Positions 56,533 to 59,537 of a stretch of 59,537 bases of DNA are shown one piece after another. Location: assembly GCA_035489815.1 (NCBI GenBank), contig DATHJH010000013.1, forward strand, positions 1 to 59,537, read 5' to 3'. The stretch's first letter is position 1. Every line of letters begins with the position of its first letter. The translations under genes were made by a program, and so were the position numbers. This stretch comes from Candidatus Limnocylindria bacterium (GTDB lineage Bacteria > Patescibacteriota > Saccharimonadia > Saccharimonadales > JAGQNK01). The notes below the pieces were generated by a model. It was not told the DNA's origin. It worked only from the letters and a program-made list of their open reading frames with translations, and made no database searches.

Positions 56533-56606
56533 TGGCTAGGGTGGAGGGATTCGAACCCCCGATCGTGGAACCAGAATCCACTGCCTTACCACTTGGCCAC
56601 ACCCTA
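56533..56606 (-). tRNA. tRNA-Gln (anticodon CTG) with encoded CCA
   Basis: TAGGGTG/CACCCTA acceptor stem, GTGGA-TTCTGGT-TCCAC anticodon arm, GGTTCGAAT T-loop, 3' GCCA. Confidence 0.97.
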
Positions 56607-56878
56607 TGAGTGCCAGGAAAAGTATACTAATTTTTAAAAGGGATTCGGGTCACCTTCGGTGCCCACATCCTGCGAACCCGACCTTCGGCTGCTCGCAACT
56701 CAAGCTGCTGCCTTGCCACGTGCCCTACTAGTCCCACAGTAACGTAAAGGATTGTACTAAAAAAGACAATAAATCGCCACTCTACTTCAGCTAGTGAGTG
56801 AAATACCTGATTGTGTATGTTAGTAAGTTTATGCTACCTTGGCAGCACTAATAACAGTATGTATAAGGGGAATATGTC

Positions 56879-57487
56879 ATGTCTTTTAGAAGTGTTGCTG
56901 CATTTGGTGCCGGAACAGCGTTAGCCGTTGGAATAGGTTGCTCGTCTGAAGAAGGATCGAGCGTTCCTGATTCTGCTAAAGAAATATGCTCCACGGCATT
57001 TGGCGCTATACGGCAGCTTGAGGGGTATGAAGTTTTTACAGAAGAAAGTGATCCTGTAGTTTCGCATGAGACAATCAACCCGCTAGATCCAGGTGTTGTT
57101 TATTTGAGAGGATGCGTTGCTGTTAACCCAGCGGATGGGGCAAGGCTGGGTATTGATCCTTTATTTACTGAGGTAGAGCGGTCAGATGGTCAGCGCGGGG
57201 TGGATTTTGCACTGGAGGAAGGCGCACGACCAGGAAGAGAGGCAGTATCTGTCCTGAGTGCTACAGGCGAGGGAGCCGGACTTTCCTCCGAGTATATTGG
57301 ACTACCTTCACTACCGGCCGGGGTATTACTGGCAACGTGTGAGGATGGTGATATTCCTACGCTAAGCCTGGAAGGGGTCACAGAAACCCGTAACCCGGAT
57401 GGGGATGTGGCTTACGACGCTTATACTGTGCAAGACGCTCAGTTTGGGTGTGCAGACCCAGGAGGCCTGATCTACATCCACGAGTAA
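56879..57487 (+). CDS. Hypothetical lipoprotein-like protein (orphan)
   Basis: Signal ending AVGIGC (lipobox-like); 202 aa. Confidence 0.6.
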   Translation: MSFRSVAAFGAGTALAVGIGCSSEEGSSVPDSAKEICSTAFGAIRQLEGYEVFTEESDPVVSHETINPLDPGVVYLRGCVAVNPADGARLGIDPLFTEVERSDGQRGVDFALEEGARPGREAVSVLSATGEGAGLSSEYIGLPSLPAGVLLATCEDGDIPTLSLEGVTETRNPDGDVAYDAYTVQDAQFGCADPGGLIYIHE

Positions 57488-57556
57488 GCACAGCTGCTTG
57501 AGTCGGGTTCGGGAAGACGTGTCTGGCCGGAGCGGCGCATACCGTATAATACGGAT

Positions 57557-59362
57557 ATGAGCGAGGGGCGTTCTAAGAACCCATTCCAAATCTTTTTCTC
57601 TGACTCCAACCGCTTTTCGCATGCAATCCAACTGCCTTTTGCTTCAAAAGGTAGCTATGGCTACCTTTCAAAACAAAAAACAGCCGGCTCACACCCGAAA
57701 AGCGGTTTCGGCAAGGAGAAAAGATCTGGAATGGGCTCTAAATACCTGCTGAAGCTAACGCTTCTTTTTGTGATTTACTTTGCGACGGGGAGGTTGGGAC
57801 TCAGCCTGGATGCAGTCAGTGGGTTTGCCGCACTGGTCTGGGCTCCTACTGGCATTGCTTTGGCGGCGATGCTTATTCTGGGCTTTCGCTACTGGCCAGG
57901 CATTGCGCTTGGCGCGGTGCTGGTCAATATGGCGGCCGGGGCTCCGCTGCTGGTCGCCCTCGGCATTGGATGTGGCAATACGCTGGAGGCGCTCGCCGGT
58001 GCGTATGTGCTAAAACGTTTTACCAGGTTTCAGATTTCTTTGGAGCGGGTTGCCGATGTGCTGAGGCTTATCTTTTTTGCGGCAATTGCCAGCACGTTAG
58101 TCAGTGCCACCATTGGCGTGACGAGCCTGCTATTGGGTGGTCTTGTTGCAGGAGAGGGGTACGGGGAAACATGGATTGCCTGGTGGATTGGGGATATGTT
58201 GGGGGCACTTATAGTTACGCCGTTGCTCCTGGTCTGGCACGAACGCCTGCGCAGGCCGCTGGATCCACGCCGATTTGCCTCCGCCGCAGTGCCTATCCTG
58301 CTGTTGGCTGCAGTAAGCATCGTGATCTTTCGCGGTCTGCCCGGGCGGGACATCAGGCCGCTTACCTTTGCCTACATTATTTTCCCGATTTTAATATGGA
58401 TTGCGCTGAGGTTTGGCCAGCGCGGCAGCGTCACGGCCATGTTCATAGTGTCATGCATTGCTATTTGGGAAACAGTCACTACCCACAACTATTCCAGTGC
58501 GCTTACGCTAAGCCAGAATCTTTTGTTGCTACAAAGTTTTATAGGCATCACCGCTGCGACTTTTATGACCATGGCGGCGGTGGTTTCCGAGCGCGAGCAA
58601 ACCCAGAAACGTCAACAGTACCTGGAACAAAAAGCAGCGCTGCTCACCAAACAGCGCTCCAGACTGGAGATGCTGAACCGGGCTAAGGACGAATTCATAT
58701 CAATTGCCTCTCATCAGCTCCGCACGCCTGCCACCGGCGTTAAGCAATACCTGGGTATGTTGTTGCAGGACTACGCCGGCCGCCTGAGCAAGCAACAGCA
58801 TGCTCACGTCACTACGGCATATGAAAACAACGAGCGGCAGCTAAAGATTATTGAAGATTTACTACACGTGGCGCGGATAGACGCCGGGAAACTGCCGCTG
58901 AACAAAACAACTTGCGACCTGAATAAGCTGATGGGCGAGGTAGCAGCCCAGCAAGCCGAGGCTTTCAAGGAGCGAGGCCAGAAATTGTTGTTTAGCCCAG
59001 CCAAAGGTTCTATAAAGGCCAGGGCCGATAAGGAGCTGCTGCGTATGGTCCTGGAGAACCTCATAGACAACGCCGGCAAGTATTCGCCAGCTGGCGAAAA
59101 GGTTCGTCTGAGCGTAAGCAAAATGGATAGGATGGTTCGGCTGGAGATACACGACAAGGGCTTTGGCATCACCAAAAAAGATCAGAAAAAGTTGTTTCAA
59201 AAGTTTTCCCGGGTGGACGCCCACTCTAACCTCATAGGTGGTTCCGGCCTCGGGTTATACTGGGCAAAAAAGGTTATTGACTTGCATGGGGGCAGTATTG
59301 ATCTTACGTCCGAGGCGGGCGAGGGCTCTACTTTTACGGTTAAGTTACCAGATAGTAGGTAG
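57557..59362 (+). CDS. MASE1-domain sensor histidine kinase with in-frame MITE near the N-terminus
   Basis: MASE1 (VWAPTGIALA, WWIGDMLG, WIALRFG), ASHQLRTP H-box, ENLIDNAGKYS, GSGLGLY; TATAAT 6 nt before ATG. Confidence 0.95.
   Translation: MSEGRSKNPFQIFFSDSNRFSHAIQLPFASKGSYGYLSKQKTAGSHPKSGFGKEKRSGMGSKYLLKLTLLFVIYFATGRLGLSLDAVSGFAALVWAPTGIALAAMLILGFRYWPGIALGAVLVNMAAGAPLLVALGIGCGNTLEALAGAYVLKRFTRFQISLERVADVLRLIFFAAIASTLVSATIGVTSLLLGGLVAGEGYGETWIAWWIGDMLGALIVTPLLLVWHERLRRPLDPRRFASAAVPILLLAAVSIVIFRGLPGRDIRPLTFAYIIFPILIWIALRFGQRGSVTAMFIVSCIAIWETVTTHNYSSALTLSQNLLLLQSFIGITAATFMTMAAVVSEREQTQKRQQYLEQKAALLTKQRSRLEMLNRAKDEFISIASHQLRTPATGVKQYLGMLLQDYAGRLSKQQHAHVTTAYENNERQLKIIEDLLHVARIDAGKLPLNKTTCDLNKLMGEVAAQQAEAFKERGQKLLFSPAKGSIKARADKELLRMVLENLIDNAGKYSPAGEKVRLSVSKMDRMVRLEIHDKGFGITKKDQKKLFQKFSRVDAHSNLIGGSGLGLYWAKKVIDLHGGSIDLTSEAGEGSTFTVKLPDSR
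57577..57738. mobile_element. GAACC-MITE copy F (subtype 1), in frame within the kinase gene
   Basis: 162 bp, TAA on both sides; homologous to copy B. Confidence 0.95.
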
Positions 59363-59386
59363 TCGTTCTACCCTGATGGGTTCTAA

Positions 59387-59537
59387 GAACCCATCTAGGA
59401 TCTCGCTCCCGATGCCAAAATTGCTCCATTTCGAGTACCAATTTGTTCTGGTTTGTCTGCCGTACCCGTGGGTACGGCAGACGGATCAGGGCGGATTGGG
59501 GCCGGAATGGGCGGTTTTGGCGCGGGATTGGAGATTT
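59387..59537. mobile_element. GAACC-MITE copy H (subtype 3), cut by the window end
   Basis: TAA|GAACCCATCTAGGATCTCGCTCCCGATGCC, nearly identical to copy G; preceded by a right-end remnant GATGGGTTC (59375-59383). Confidence 0.92.

Noticed and set aside
38875-56555. Large island integrated at tRNA-Gln with an att duplication
   Set aside because: Only a 9-nt match (AGGGTGGAG near 38883) to the tRNA 3' end, and it is part of an R3 repeat end; no integrase.
56645-56690. Twin TTCG hairpins upstream of the tRNA as a new RNA
   Set aside because: Single occurrence, short stems, and a style typical of small intergenic repeats; no further support.
1-59537. CRISPR array
   Set aside because: Repeats are dispersed and variable; there is no regular repeat-spacer periodicity and no cas gene.
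1-59537. Integron cassette array (repeats as attC sites)
   Set aside because: Repeats lack RYYYAAC/GTTRRRY cores, neighbouring genes are not co-oriented, and no integrase is present.
1-59537. TGA recoding (code 25) as in Gracilibacteria/Absconditabacteria
   Set aside because: Well-known genes such as leuS, cyoC and the antitoxin end at TGA at expected lengths, and no conserved gene is broken by an internal TGA.

Overview
Bacterial chromosomal window (standard code 11), most likely from a Patescibacteria/CPR Saccharibacteria (TM7) genome; the taxonomy is inferred from gene content and style, not from a search. It carries translation genes (alaX, leuS with a Nudix insertion, rpmF, nusB, rnc, rpsP, khpA, trmD, greA, tRNA-Gln). 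It also carries an oxygen-handling module (sodN-sodX, type II NADH dehydrogenase, FAD-linked oxidase, polyprenyl synthase, cyoABCD, cyoE), signalling genes, an ArsR-SRPBCC-VOC-MFS cluster, mazEF, a MarR/VOC/UvrA2 unit and many single orphan genes. The most striking signal is a dense population of short non-autonomous elements, with no transposase in the window. (i) An IS5/IS1031-like MITE family (GAACCCAT ends, TAA duplications) occurs about ten times. Two copies sit in frame inside proteins and encode the same 55-aa peptide, one supplies a replacement start codon, two abut stop codons, and one appears split by a 1.2-kb mazEF cargo. (ii) A different MITE has split the cyoC/cyoD ATGA overlap and brought its own RBS. 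(iii) CGTC-type REP doublets carry nested inserts. I also see three candidate structured RNAs, a duplicated trmD 3' end and a HEPN-motif gene next to the tRNA. No CRISPR array, integron or prophage is supported.
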